Shown here piece by piece: positions 1 to 8,966 of a stretch of 64,000 nt of DNA. The notes below the pieces were generated by a model that ran no database searches, was not told where the DNA came from, and worked only from the letters and a program-made list of their open reading frames with translations. The stretch's first letter is position 1. Each line of letters starts with the position of its first letter. A program made the position numbers and the translations under genes. Origin of the DNA: Candidatus Multivoradales bacterium (GTDB lineage: Bacteria > Acidobacteriota > Thermoanaerobaculia > Multivoradales > J023); assembly GCA_965248925.1 (NCBI GenBank), contig CBDFLE010000005.1:1664001-1728000 (forward strand), read 5' to 3'.

Positions 1-3000
1 AAGAAGAAAGGGCTACCCACGTCCCAAGTAGCATCGTCCCACTGCCCCGGCAAACGCAGGAAAACGCCTGCGTCTCCGGCATTTGCGAAGTCACGGCCGA
101 AGGGTTCGAATCCGCCGCTCCAGTTCGAGCCGCCAACACTGCTGGAAGCTAGCACCGGTGTCCCGAGGCGGTCTGCCGTAAGGTGGGTTACGCCAGTTGC
201 GGCGGTCTGGGCTACAGGCTGTCCTCCGAAGTAGAGCACTGCATTGGCCTCGGTGGCACCGGCTCGCCGTTGCAGCACACCGTCGGAACTGTAGGCCGCT
301 TCGGTTACGGCCTCAGCTGTGCAGCTACTCGCTCCCGGATCGCCCCAAGCGCTGATGTCGCCGCTTTCAAAGCCATCGCAGAAAAGAGCGTTGCCCGAAG
401 TGTCGGGCTCGCGGCCGACTGCTTGGCGTAGGTAGCTGCGACCGTCATAGAACATCGTAGAGGTGGCCTGTGCTGAAGGGTGGTCGATGGCCGATAGGCG
501 CCCAGCATCATCGAACGTGTAAGCCACCGGGTCGCCGTTCTCGTCGACGCCGATTTGGTTGCCGGCTGCGTCGAAGGTGTAGACGCGACTGCCACCTGCA
601 CCGAGGGCAATCTGGTCGAGTTTCGCGGTATTGCCGCTCGCGGCAGCGTTGGCGAGGTACTGGTAGATGTCGGTGCCGCCGTCCCGCGTCTCGCTGAGAC
701 GGTTGCCGGTTTTGTCGTACGCCCACGCTAGGTTGCCCCACGGGCCGTCGCCCTGAGTGAGGAAGTACTGGTATTCCTGGTAGGCGTAGGTGCGGTTGTT
801 CAGCGGGTCGAGCAGATCGCCGATGGCGGTGATGTTGCCGACCCCGTCGGTGGTGTAGTCCCAGTCGAGCAAGGTGCCGCCAGGGCCAACCGCTGTAATG
901 CTGGCGGGCTGATAGCGGCTGTCGTGCTGGCGGCTTTCGGTGACACCATTGCCGCGCGTCAGCTGGCGCAGTGGGCCGATGGGTTGGTAGAGGGCTCCCG
1001 TGACGATCGATTGGATGCCCTGGCCTGGCACCTCGGCATCGAGGGTCTGGTGACGGTCAGCGTGATCGAATCCGTAGAACGCTCTCACCCCACCAGGGTA
1101 CAGGATCTCGCTCTTGTTGCCGTTAGTGTCGAAGCTGTAGGCCAGCTCGCCGTCCTGCGTCATCCGCCCGAATCGATCGTATTGGAAGTCGATCGGCTGG
1201 CCATCACGTTCGATCTGAGTGAGTCGGCCGAGACTGAAGGGCACCAGCGCGTCATCGTAGGTGTAGGTCACGTCGAGGGTGTCGTCGGGGTAGTCGACCA
1301 GTGTGACCCGATCTAGCTCATCGAGGGTGCGCAGGGTGGAGATGCTGCGTGCATCGGTCGTCTCTGTGCGCTCGCCGTGCTCGTTGTACAGATGGTTGGT
1401 CACGCCAGAGACCTCGGAGGTCTCGCGGGTCAGCAAATTTCGATCGCTGTGGACGTAGCTGGTGACCGTGCCCTCTGGGTCAGTGACCGTGTTCAGATGA
1501 TCCTGAACGTCAAAGCCGTAGGTCGTCACGGCTTGGCCACCGGCCGCGCCGCCGAATGGCTGGCTGACCGTGGTCAATCGGTCGAGTGGGTCATAGCCGT
1601 AGACCGAGCTGGCTGGCGCGGTCTGGCCCGCCGATGGATGGTTCGCGTCCCACAAGCGTTCGAGGTCGCCATCGCAGTTGTAGGCATACTCGGTGATCGC
1701 CTGCTCAGGACTGCCTACGCCTTCGATCATCTGGTCGAGATGGCAACGGGTCGAGTACAGGTAATCGGTAGTCGACGCACTCGTCCAGCTCGCGCCGTCC
1801 CAACTTTGCAGTTCTTCGCGGACCCGGTGACCGAAGCCATCGAGGGTGTAGAAGGTGCGCTCGATGTGGCTGCCGAGCAGGTCATCGGGCTTACGCTCGA
1901 TCGAGACAAGTCGGCCTGCGGAATCATAGGAATATTCGATCACGTTGCCGCGCGGCAAGACGGTTTGGAAGAGGTCGCCAAAGACCGTGTAGCGCTGCTC
2001 GGTGATCAAATCCTCGGCCGGTACCGCGCCTTTCTGGATGCTGAACAGAACGCGATTGAGCGAGTCGTACTGCGTTTCGCTGGTTACCCCGTTGGGGTCG
2101 GTGACGGAGGTTCGGCGGTTGAATGGGTCGTAACCGAACAGAGTGCTGCCGATCAGCGGATCGGTACGGCTGGCCAGCACCAGGCCGCCACGGGCAGCGT
2201 CCCAGGCGCTGGTGGTGACATCGGCGGTGCCGTAGCCGGGTGGGTCGCGGTCTTCGGGTTGGCCCTCGGCGGTGTAGGTGGTCGTGGTGGTGTAGCTGAA
2301 GACCTGGCCGTCTTCTACCCCTTCGTCAATGCGGTCGCTGGCGTTGCCTTGGCCACTGAGGGTGAAGGTGGTACGGCGGAAATCTAGAGGGTTGCCGGTG
2401 GTCGAGGGACGCTCGATCTCGGTGATCAGGGCCGGGTAGGTGAGGTCGCGCTGCCAAGTGGTCTCGCGCTCCTCCGCCGTGCCCAGCGCTTCGACACGGG
2501 AGATTGCTTGGCCGTTGGCGTCGTAGGTGGTGAGCGTCGTGGTGCCGCCACCGTCGATCTGGCGAGTGGGGCGCAGGGGGTGCGCCGGATCTTCATAGAA
2601 CAGCCGGCTGTTCGGGCCAGTGCCACAGCTCGGGCAAGAGCCTTCGAGCTGCTCTAGGCGAGGCTTGCGGCTCTCGGAGTCACGGCCCAAAGTGTAGGTG
2701 GAGATCTCGCCCATTGGATCGGTGACCGTGGTCACCATCGGCAGCTGGGGATCGTCGAAGCTCATCGACCAGCGATCGACGGCGCCGGCATCGTTGAAGT
2801 TGGCCGCGCCTTTCCACATTTGCACTACATTGCCGAAAGGGTCATAGGCCCAGGAGCCCGCGATCCGCGCGCTGCTATCGGTGCCCTCCAGACTCATTCG
2901 GGTCATGTAGCCCGGCAGAGTTGGGTCATCGTAGAGGAAGGTCCAGGCGGTGCCGTCGGGTCGATCGATGCGGGTGAGGTCTTGGCCAGTGTAGGTGTAA

Positions 3001-4166
3001 CCCCAAGTTCGACTGGTGGTGCTGTCGATGCCGACTTCTGTAATCGAGTCCAGCTTGCCGCCTGCCGAGTAGGTGAAGGTCTCCGAGCGGCCATCGGGGA
3101 AGCTGACGGCGGTCAGCCGGCCAGTGCCGTCGCGGGTGGCGGTCTTGGCGTTGCCGTTGCGGTCGGTGGTCGAGGACCATAGGCCGGTGTCGTCGAATTG
3201 CATCAGGGTGCCGTCTAGATCGAGCAGGGTCCAGCCGGTCGGGGTCTTGGTCAGGGTGCGGTACTCATCGCTGGGAATCGTGCGGTCGTAGTCCCCATCC
3301 ATGTCCAAGTCCGTAAAGCGACGGAAAGTAGCGTAGCGAGTGAGCAGCCAGACGTTGCTGTCGTCGGGGTCGCGAGCGATTCTCTCGGCGTAATCGTGGC
3401 TCCAATAGCGCCCCAACTCGGCGGTGATGCCGGCTGAGCCGGGGTAGGTCGGATGGCCAACGCCTCCCGCGTGGTAGCGCAGTAGGGCGCCGGGGCCGCT
3501 CTGCGGCGGCGAGGCGCCTCCGCCTCCACCACCGGCGCTACCGCCTATTCCGCTGCCACCACCGACGCAAGAGGAGCATTCTTCATCTTCCGGGCAGCCG
3601 CTAGGCGGGGGCGGGGGTGGACAGAGGGGCGACAGGCTGAAGTCGACTACTTGGGTGGTTTCTTTCGGGCAATGGGGACAGAGGCCGAAGGCACAGGGAC
3701 AGGCGGTGGCGGTGATCGTGTAGCTGGCCATCAGGTCGCTGCAAGAGCTGGTGATGCCCCAGCTCAAGGTACCGTGATCTTCCTCGATCACCGCGCCCGA
3801 GAGACCGCAGGTGCCCAGGGTACCGCCGCCGCTGGGGGTCACCGTGACGGTGGCGAAGCTGTACAGGAAGCCCGAGGCGCTGGGATCGTTCTGGTGGTTT
3901 CCGGCGAAGTCGATCGGCACTTCGATGGTGATGGCACAGGATTCGATAGCCGGGTCGCAGCCAGCCTCGGGGGTGAAGGTGGCGCCGGAGATGACCGGCG
4001 TGTAGCAGCGGGAGCCGGTGGAGCAGTTCGAGGGTTGGTCAGCGAAGAGTCCTTGTTCGAGGTAAGTGAGGACGCCGCTGCAGGCGGTGCCGGCTTGCAG
4101 TGCTGCTGGCAGACCGAGAAGGCTGAGGAGACTGATGACGAGGAAGAGGCTTACGGATCGGATCAC
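1..4166 (-). CDS. RHS/YD-repeat protein with Sec signal peptide and Cys-rich N-terminus; 3' end lies outside the window
   Basis: Manually translated. AAGGAG RBS, then GTG at 4166 (MIRSVSLFLVISLLSLLGLPAALQA, signal-peptide-like). Many YD-type repeats. In-frame RHS core at the window edge (HLTADRLGTPVLAS...GGFEPFG...FLRLPGQWDD). No ORF-track entry terminates in this frame, consistent with an uninterrupted frame running off the edge. Confidence 0.9.
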   Translation of the reverse strand, partial: MIRSVSLFLVISLLSLLGLPAALQAGTACSGVLTYLEQGLFADQPSNCSTGSRCYTPVISGATFTPEAGCDPAIESCAITIEVPIDFAGNHQNDPSASGFLYSFATVTVTPSGGGTLGTCGLSGAVIEEDHGTLSWGITSSCSDLMASYTITATACPCAFGLCPHCPKETTQVVDFSLSPLCPPPPPPSGCPEDEECSSCVGGGSGIGGSAGGGGGGASPPQSGPGALLRYHAGGVGHPTYPGSAGITAELGRYWSHDYAERIARDPDDSNVWLLTRYATFRRFTDLDMDGDYDRTIPSDEYRTLTKTPTGWTLLDLDGTLMQFDDTGLWSSTTDRNGNAKTATRDGTGRLTAVSFPDGRSETFTYSAGGKLDSITEVGIDSTTSRTWGYTYTGQDLTRIDRPDGTAWTFLYDDPTLPGYMTRMSLEGTDSSARIAGSWAYDPFGNVVQMWKGAANFNDAGAVDRWSMSFDDPQLPMVTTVTDPMGEISTYTLGRDSESRKPRLEQLEGSCPSCGTGPNSRLFYEDPAHPLRPTRQIDGGGTTTLTTYDANGQAISRVEALGTAEERETTWQRDLTYPALITEIERPSTTGNPLDFRRTTFTLSGQGNASDRIDEGVEDGQVFSYTTTTTYTAEGQPEDRDPPGYGTADVTTSAWDAARGGLVLASRTDPLIGSTLFGYDPFNRRTSVTDPNGVTSETQYDSLNRVLFSIQKGAVPAEDLITEQRYTVFGDLFQTVLPRGNVIEYSYDSAGRLVSIERKPDDLLGSHIERTFYTLDGFGHRVREELQSWDGASWTSASTTDYLYSTRCHLDQMIEGVGSPEQAITEYAYNCDGDLERLWDANHPSAGQTAPASSVYGYDPLDRLTTVSQPFGGAAGGQAVTTYGFDVQDHLNTVTDPEGTVTSYVHSDRNLLTRETSEVSGVTNHLYNEHGERTETTDARSISTLRTLDELDRVTLVDYPDDTLDVTYTYDDALVPFSLGRLTQIERDGQPIDFQYDRFGRMTQDGELAYSFDTNGNKSEILYPGGVRAFYGFDHADRHQTLDAEVPGQGIQSIVTGALYQPIGPLRQLTRGNGVTESRQHDSRYQPASITAVGPGGTLLDWDYTTDGVGNITAIGDLLDPLNNRTYAYQEYQYFLTQGDGPWGNLAWAYDKTGNRLSETRDGGTDIYQYLANAAASGNTAKLDQIALGAGGSRVYTFDAAGNQIGVDENGDPVAYTFDDAGRLSAIDHPSAQATSTMFYDGRSYLRQAVGREPDTSGNALFCDGFESGDISAWGDPGASSCTAEAVTEAAYSSDGVLQRRAGATEANAVLYFGGQPVAQTAATGVTHLTADRLGTPVLASSSVGGSNWSGGFEPFGRDFANAGDAGVFLRLPGQWDDATWDVGSPFF

Positions 4167-4936
4167 AATAATTCTCCTTCTTAAGACAGGTAACTCAACT
4201 AGAGACAAAGGGATGTCTAGGAACTAGCCAACACGACGGCCAACGCCGAACCCTCGAACTCAAGCTAGCAACAGGAATCCACTTTCTGCCGATTTGGCTG
4301 TGAATGAGGCTATATTTCTCCGAGGTTCCAACTCTCGTAGAGGATTCTATCCCTGCCAAAGTCATATCAAGAATCGTACAATGGGCTCTGTGTCGAGCTT
4401 CAGCAGCCAGCGAACGACAGATATTTCAGTAGTCCTTTGCCCCGCTGGTCTCTACAGTCCCAGCCGGTGGTTCACCACCCCCTCGAACCCCGCCACCACT
4501 TCGATATAGCGATCGACGGACCGAGGATCGGCGCACCGCCCACCCTCCTGAATCTCACGCCGACGCCCGCAAGCGCAGCCGACGCCCGCATCCCCGGCCC
4601 GGAGGCCGCGGAATCCCCGAAAGATCGCTCCTTCGCTGATCCCTTGCCGCGTCCAGCCACGATTCGAGCGCTTTGACACCGCAGAATCGCGAGTCCAACT
4701 TCCGCAGTAAGCGCACCACTTCCGACTGCCGATCTTGCTCCGCGAATCTTGGGCCAGTTGGCCTGATAGGATCGATGGATCAGTATCGAAATACGCCAGT
4801 CTGTAGTGAATGGTATTTTTGCCGTGCATCACGGTGTGAGTTCAACAAACCCATGGAATCGGACTTAGATCAGCAGATTCCAGGTATTCCTTGCCGTGAG
4901 CGCATTCCTCTACTAGCGCCTTCGGGGTCTGCACTT

Positions 4937-5268
4937 ATGAGTTTCCTTCCTCTTCTTCGGTTTCGAGCATCACGTTTGGGTCTCCTATTCTGGCTCGCGG
5001 CTCCACTGGTGCTCCCACCTCCACTGGTCGCTGAAGACAGCGTGCTCATGGTGCAAGTCTCCCATCGGGATGGGTACCCGCTCCGGGGAGTGGGGATCGG
5101 CACTAAAGGGTCAGGGTCCATGGAAACCACTGACGGCGACGGCAAGGCTTGGATACAACTTGTCGAGGGTGTTCATCCCGGCGACCGAGTGACGCTGCTT
5201 GTGCGTTCGAAGGCACAAGATCCTTGGTTCTTCGTTCGTCCTCCAGAGGGTCGCACAAGGGTTCGGAA
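4937..5268 (+). pseudogene. 5' fragment of a secreted protein (signal peptide plus carboxypeptidase-regulatory-like beta domain) truncated by IS3
   Basis: MSFLPLLRFRASRLGLLFWLAAPLVLPPPLVAE followed by VQVSHRDGYPLRGVGI...TTDGDGKA. The frame runs directly into the IS terminal repeat at 5269. Confidence 0.6.
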
Positions 5269-5303
5269 TGTGTCAATGAAAGTGAGACACTTTCTTCTGG
5301 GAA

Positions 5304-6425
5304 TTAGTACGGAATCGGTAGTGGCTCCGGCACCATCGCTTTCAGCGAGGGCGCGCAGCCAGGGGTCTCGCCTGGTGCGTCGTTGTGTACGCGGTGTGTC
5401 ACTACGTTCTCGGTATCGACTGGGTCAGTGCTGGCGGCGGTGGTCGGCGGGTTGATCCAGACCTTGTCACTGGGCTCCGGCAAAGCCGGCGCTCGCCGCT
5501 TGAAGCGGCTTGGATGAGCGGCTGAGGCGGCGGCGAGGACTTCTCGACGTTGCTCCAGTACTGAGGCCGTGAGGCCGTAGTGGACGGTCTCTGGCGTCAA
5601 CAAGCCGAGTCCTGTGTGGTAGTGCTGCGTGTTGTACCAGCCGATGGACGAGCGGCAGAATGCTCGTGCATCTTCCAGTGATCCGAAGCGGTCGGGAAAG
5701 CTCGGATGGTACTTGAGCGTCTTGAACTGAGCCTCAGAGAACGGATTGTCGTTGCTCGTGTAGGGCCGGTTCAGCGACCGTGTCATCCCGAGATCGGCCA
5801 GCAGTAGAGCCACTGGCTTGGATGTCATGCTCGAACCGCGGTCCGAGTCCAAGGTAAGTCGATCTCGCTCAACACCTTGCTTCTCAACACTGTCGGCGAT
5901 CAACCGCTTCGCGAGTCCTCCGGACTCGCGGGAGGCGAGCATCCAGCCGACGATGTAGCGGCTGAAGACGTCCAGAATTACGTAAAGGTAGTAGTAGGTC
6001 CACTTCACCGGGCCCTTGAGCTTGGTGATGTCCCACGACCACACCTCGTTCGGCCCTGTGGCCAGCAGTTCGGGCTTGGTGTAGTTGGGATGACGCCGCT
6101 GACGGCGTCGCTCGCGCAGCTCGCCCTCAGACTCCAGGACCCGGTACATGGTGCGCACCGAGCAGATATGGCGCTGGTCCTCGTCCAGCAGCGCCGCCCA
6201 GACTTGACGCGGCGAGCGGTCGACGAAGCGCTCCGAGTGCAACACATCGAGGACCTCCTGGCGTTCAGCGGGCGTCAATGCCAGCGGCGGTCGAGGCCGC
6301 GTCGATAGCTGCGGCCCTGCGCTCTGCTGCCGACGGCGGCGATAGAAAGTGGCTCTGGGGACCGCCAAGGCGACGCAGGCTGCTTGCACCCCCACCGTCT
6401 CGGCCAGCGGCGCCACAGCGCTCAT
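5304..6425 (-). CDS. IS3-family transposase OrfB (DDE integrase core)
   Basis: Motifs WSWDIT, DSDRGSSM and NPFSEAQFKTLK (D-D-E), plus WYNTQHYHTGL. ATG at 6425. Confidence 0.92.
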   Translation of the reverse strand: MSAVAPLAETVGVQAACVALAVPRATFYRRRRQQSAGPQLSTRPRPPLALTPAERQEVLDVLHSERFVDRSPRQVWAALLDEDQRHICSVRTMYRVLESEGELRERRRQRRHPNYTKPELLATGPNEVWSWDITKLKGPVKWTYYYLYVILDVFSRYIVGWMLASRESGGLAKRLIADSVEKQGVERDRLTLDSDRGSSMTSKPVALLLADLGMTRSLNRPYTSNDNPFSEAQFKTLKYHPSFPDRFGSLEDARAFCRSSIGWYNTQHYHTGLGLLTPETVHYGLTASVLEQRREVLAAASAAHPSRFKRRAPALPEPSDKVWINPPTTAASTDPVDTENVVTHRVHNDAPGETPGCAPSLKAMVPEPLPIPY

Positions 6426-6450
6426 GACTGGCTCTCGCTCGGCTCGATCC

Positions 6451-6834
6451 CTAGCAGCCGGGAAAGTTTTTTTGGACATCGATGATCGTCTCGGCTTTGT
6501 ACAGCTGATGCTTGAGCCGAGCATTCTCACGCTCAAGCTCCGCGACGCGGCGGGCCTCGGCAGAGACCGGTCGACGCTTGCGACCACGCTTCTTCGACAA
6601 ACCGGCCAGAGCACTGGCATCGCGTTGCTGGCGCCACTTCGATAGGAGTGAGGAATACAGACCCTCCCGGCGAAGCAGGGCGCCAATCTCGCCGGCTTTG
6701 CTACAGGCGTCGGCGGCCTGGACGATGCTCAGCTTGTACGACGCGCTGTACCGCCGCCGCTTCGCCTTCTCAGTTACCTCGGGATCTGGTCGGTCAGCAC
6801 TCATATCTCGCAGCTCGTGGCTTGGACTCGCCAT
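6451..6834 (-). CDS. IS3-family transposase OrfA (HTH plus coiled coil)
   Basis: RRRYSASYKLSIVQAADAC...GEIGALLRREGLYSSLLSKWRQQR; GGAGAG RBS before ATG 6834; A7 run near the 3' end. Confidence 0.88.
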   Translation of the reverse strand: MASPSHELRDMSADRPDPEVTEKAKRRRYSASYKLSIVQAADACSKAGEIGALLRREGLYSSLLSKWRQQRDASALAGLSKKRGRKRRPVSAEARRVAELERENARLKHQLYKAETIIDVQKNFPGC

Positions 6835-7038
6835 GGTGTTTGCTCTCCACGCCCTCACTAATTTATCGGTACGGGAGTGTCTCACCTACATTGGCACAGA
6901 GGGAAGCCGCGAGCGCCTGCCCCCGACATCACAAGCGACAAGCAGTCAAATTCGGGATCACCTGCCCACCGCACCCCCGGCGGGCCGACCAGTAAAGGTC
7001 CAGGCCCCCGCAGACGGGGCCTGAACCGTTTAACCTAC

Positions 7039-8052
7039 TCAGCGCTCAACGCGCAACCGATATTCACCTTCGCTGCCGACCATGCCTTCGACCCGGACGA
7101 AGTAGCGCCCGGTCGCCAGGTTGGCCTCGAAGGCGAAGTTCTCTCCCTCCCCGCCGCCGTCCGCCGAAGCAAGCCGCCGCCCGCGGGCGTCGTAAAGGGT
7201 GCCGAAGGTGTCGGTAGTCCCAGCGGTCGAGATCCGCACCCTCTGCGCCCGGTTCAGCACCAGGGAGTAGTAGTCCCGATCGTCCTTCCGCGGCGCCTCG
7301 AGCCTGGCCAGGAACGAGCCGCCAAGGCGCAGCGGAATGGCACAGCGCATCAAGTCGTTGGCCGGCTCGGCGGCACAGCCGCAACCGCCCTGGCCGCTCT
7401 TGGGTAGGATCTCGGACTCTTCAGCTTCCGTATCGTCGCCTGACTCTCCATCTTTGAAGAAGGCCAGCTCGACGGAGCCGCAGGCCGCAGGGTCCTTGGG
7501 CAGGATCTCGGACTCTTCAGCTTCCGTGTCGTCGCCTGACTCGCCATCTTTGGGCAGGATCTCGGACTCTTCAGCTTCGGTGTCGTCACCTGACTCTCCG
7601 TCCTTCGGAGGTTCCTGCGAGGCTGGAAAATAACGGGTGACCAGCCGCACCGGCTTCTTCTCACCACGCTCGGAGGTCTGCACCAGCCCCAGTCGCAGGT
7701 GAACCGTGCCGGGCTCACGGACTTCAATCAGGCCACTGTCGAAGCTCCAGTCGGCGATCGAGGCGGCAGCACCGCAAGGGGTCGGCCAAAGCTCCCACCA
7801 GGCACCAAGCTGGTGCGGGTCGGTGTCGTCCACTTCAACGGTGAGCCACCCAGGCTCGGCAACGACGACACCCACCAGGCTGCTTTCGGCTGACTGATCG
7901 GAGAATTCCCAAGTGTGGGGTTGATCGACCTCGAGGGGCTCAAGATCGGGGCAAGGCAGTGGGCTGCGCGAGGCGGATGCAGCCGTGAAGTGGCCCGCCG
8001 CCAGCAGGGCGGCAGAGATAGTGGTAGAAACGAGAAAACGGGAGAGTGACAT
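7039..8052 (-). CDS. Secreted protein with acidic repeats and a C-terminal PPC (pre-peptidase C-terminal)-like domain
   Basis: AGGAGG RBS and ATG 8052; signal peptide ending ...FTAASA; C-terminus DRDYYSL...DTFGTLYD.RG..LASADGGGEGENF...GRYFVRVEG...GEYRL is typical of PPC domains. Confidence 0.8.
   Translation of the reverse strand: MSLSRFLVSTTISAALLAAGHFTAASASRSPLPCPDLEPLEVDQPHTWEFSDQSAESSLVGVVVAEPGWLTVEVDDTDPHQLGAWWELWPTPCGAAASIADWSFDSGLIEVREPGTVHLRLGLVQTSERGEKKPVRLVTRYFPASQEPPKDGESGDDTEAEESEILPKDGESGDDTEAEESEILPKDPAACGSVELAFFKDGESGDDTEAEESEILPKSGQGGCGCAAEPANDLMRCAIPLRLGGSFLARLEAPRKDDRDYYSLVLNRAQRVRISTAGTTDTFGTLYDARGRRLASADGGGEGENFAFEANLATGRYFVRVEGMVGSEGEYRLRVER
7402..7605 (-). repeat. Three 54-bp coding repeats encoding KDGESGDDTEAEESEILP
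   Basis: Copies at 7552-7605, 7498-7551 (tandem) and 7402-7455. The peptides are identical and the DNA differs only at synonymous positions. Confidence 0.95.
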
Positions 8053-8288
8053 GGTTCGTGTCCTCCTCGTGGGCCTTTGGCCCGGTACGAATGGAGACCC
8101 GGATAGCTCCGGGCCAGTTCGGTTTCGAGGAAGGTCACGAGGCGCCTCGTTCGACCTCCATGTAGGGCTAACGTTCAGTCGGCTGTCGGTGGCTGTTTTT
8201 GCTCGAGATCGAGCATCTGAGCTGCCTGCGGGCGGTTCCGAGAGAGCCCGAAACAAGCTTTTCTGCTGCGCTATACTGCGCGCTCACG

Positions 8289-8897
8289 ATGAGCACCGAT
8301 GCAAACGAGATTGCCAGCCTCCTGGAGGCCTGGAGCCGGGGAGAGATGCGGGCCCTGGATCGGCTGGTGCCGCTGGTCTTTGACGATCTGCACACCATGG
8401 CTCGACGTTTTTTCCTGCGTGAATCCAACATCCACACCTTGCAACCGACGGCTCTGGTCAGCGAGGTCTACTGCAAGCTGCGTGGGCAAGAGCGGGTGCA
8501 GTTCGAGACGCCGGCCGAGTTCTTTGGCTTCGCCGCGGAGCTCATGCGCCATTTCCTAGTCGACTACGCGCGCAAGAAGAAGGCGGTCAAACGCGGTGGC
8601 AAGGAGTCTCCGGTGTCACTGGAAGCGGGGCTCGAGAACCTGCTCTCAGCGGGGTCCCCGTCGAGCACCCAGATCATCGACCTCCACCGCGCCCTCGACG
8701 AGCTAGCCAAGATCTGTCCACGCCAGGCGCGGGTGGTCGAGCTGCGCTTTTTTGTCGGCCTGCTGGTCGAAGAAGTCGCCGACGTGCTGGATGTATCGGA
8801 AGCCACTATCAAGCGAGAATGGAGAACCGCCAAGTTGTGGCTCACCAGGCAACTTTCACAACCACCGCCCGCTAGCAGGTTGGACCCGGACGTTTGA
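8289..8897 (+). CDS. ECF sigma-70 factor of the Ser/Thr-kinase-associated type
   Basis: LLEAWSRGE..ALDRLVPLVFDDLH..A, HTLQPTALVSEVY, region 4 QARVVELRFFVGL.VEEVA.VLDVSEATIKREWRTAK. ATG 8289 preferred over the track start at 8199. Confidence 0.92.
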   Translation: MSTDANEIASLLEAWSRGEMRALDRLVPLVFDDLHTMARRFFLRESNIHTLQPTALVSEVYCKLRGQERVQFETPAEFFGFAAELMRHFLVDYARKKKAVKRGGKESPVSLEAGLENLLSAGSPSSTQIIDLHRALDELAKICPRQARVVELRFFVGLLVEEVADVLDVSEATIKREWRTAKLWLTRQLSQPPPASRLDPDV

Positions 8898-8966
8898 TCT
8901 CCAGATCTGCGAGGGCACGCTAGTTAAAGCGAAGGTCTTTTCCCTTTCCATCTCGTTGGATGCCTG

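Larger units (their letters stand above)
5269..6898 (-). mobile_element. IS3-family insertion sequence, 1,630 bp
   Basis: 23-bp terminal inverted repeats: TGTGTCAATGAAAGTGAGACACT (5269-5291) versus the reverse complement of 6876-6898, TGTGCCAATGTAGGTGAGACACT (3 mismatches, TG...CA ends). Contains orfA and orfB. Confidence 0.92.

Noticed and set aside
183-4184. Many plus-strand ORFs (e.g. 1377-2387, 3651-4184)
   Set aside because: Antisense shadows of the RHS gene, which has the RBS, signal peptide and family motifs.
4673-5455. 260-aa ORF as an intact gene
   Set aside because: Its last ~60 codons are read-through into the IS3 end, and the first ~88 codons precede the likely ATG at 4937.
7402-7605. 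Repeats as a CRISPR array
   Set aside because: They are in-frame 54-bp coding repeats with synonymous variation, two are directly adjacent without a spacer, and no cas genes are present.
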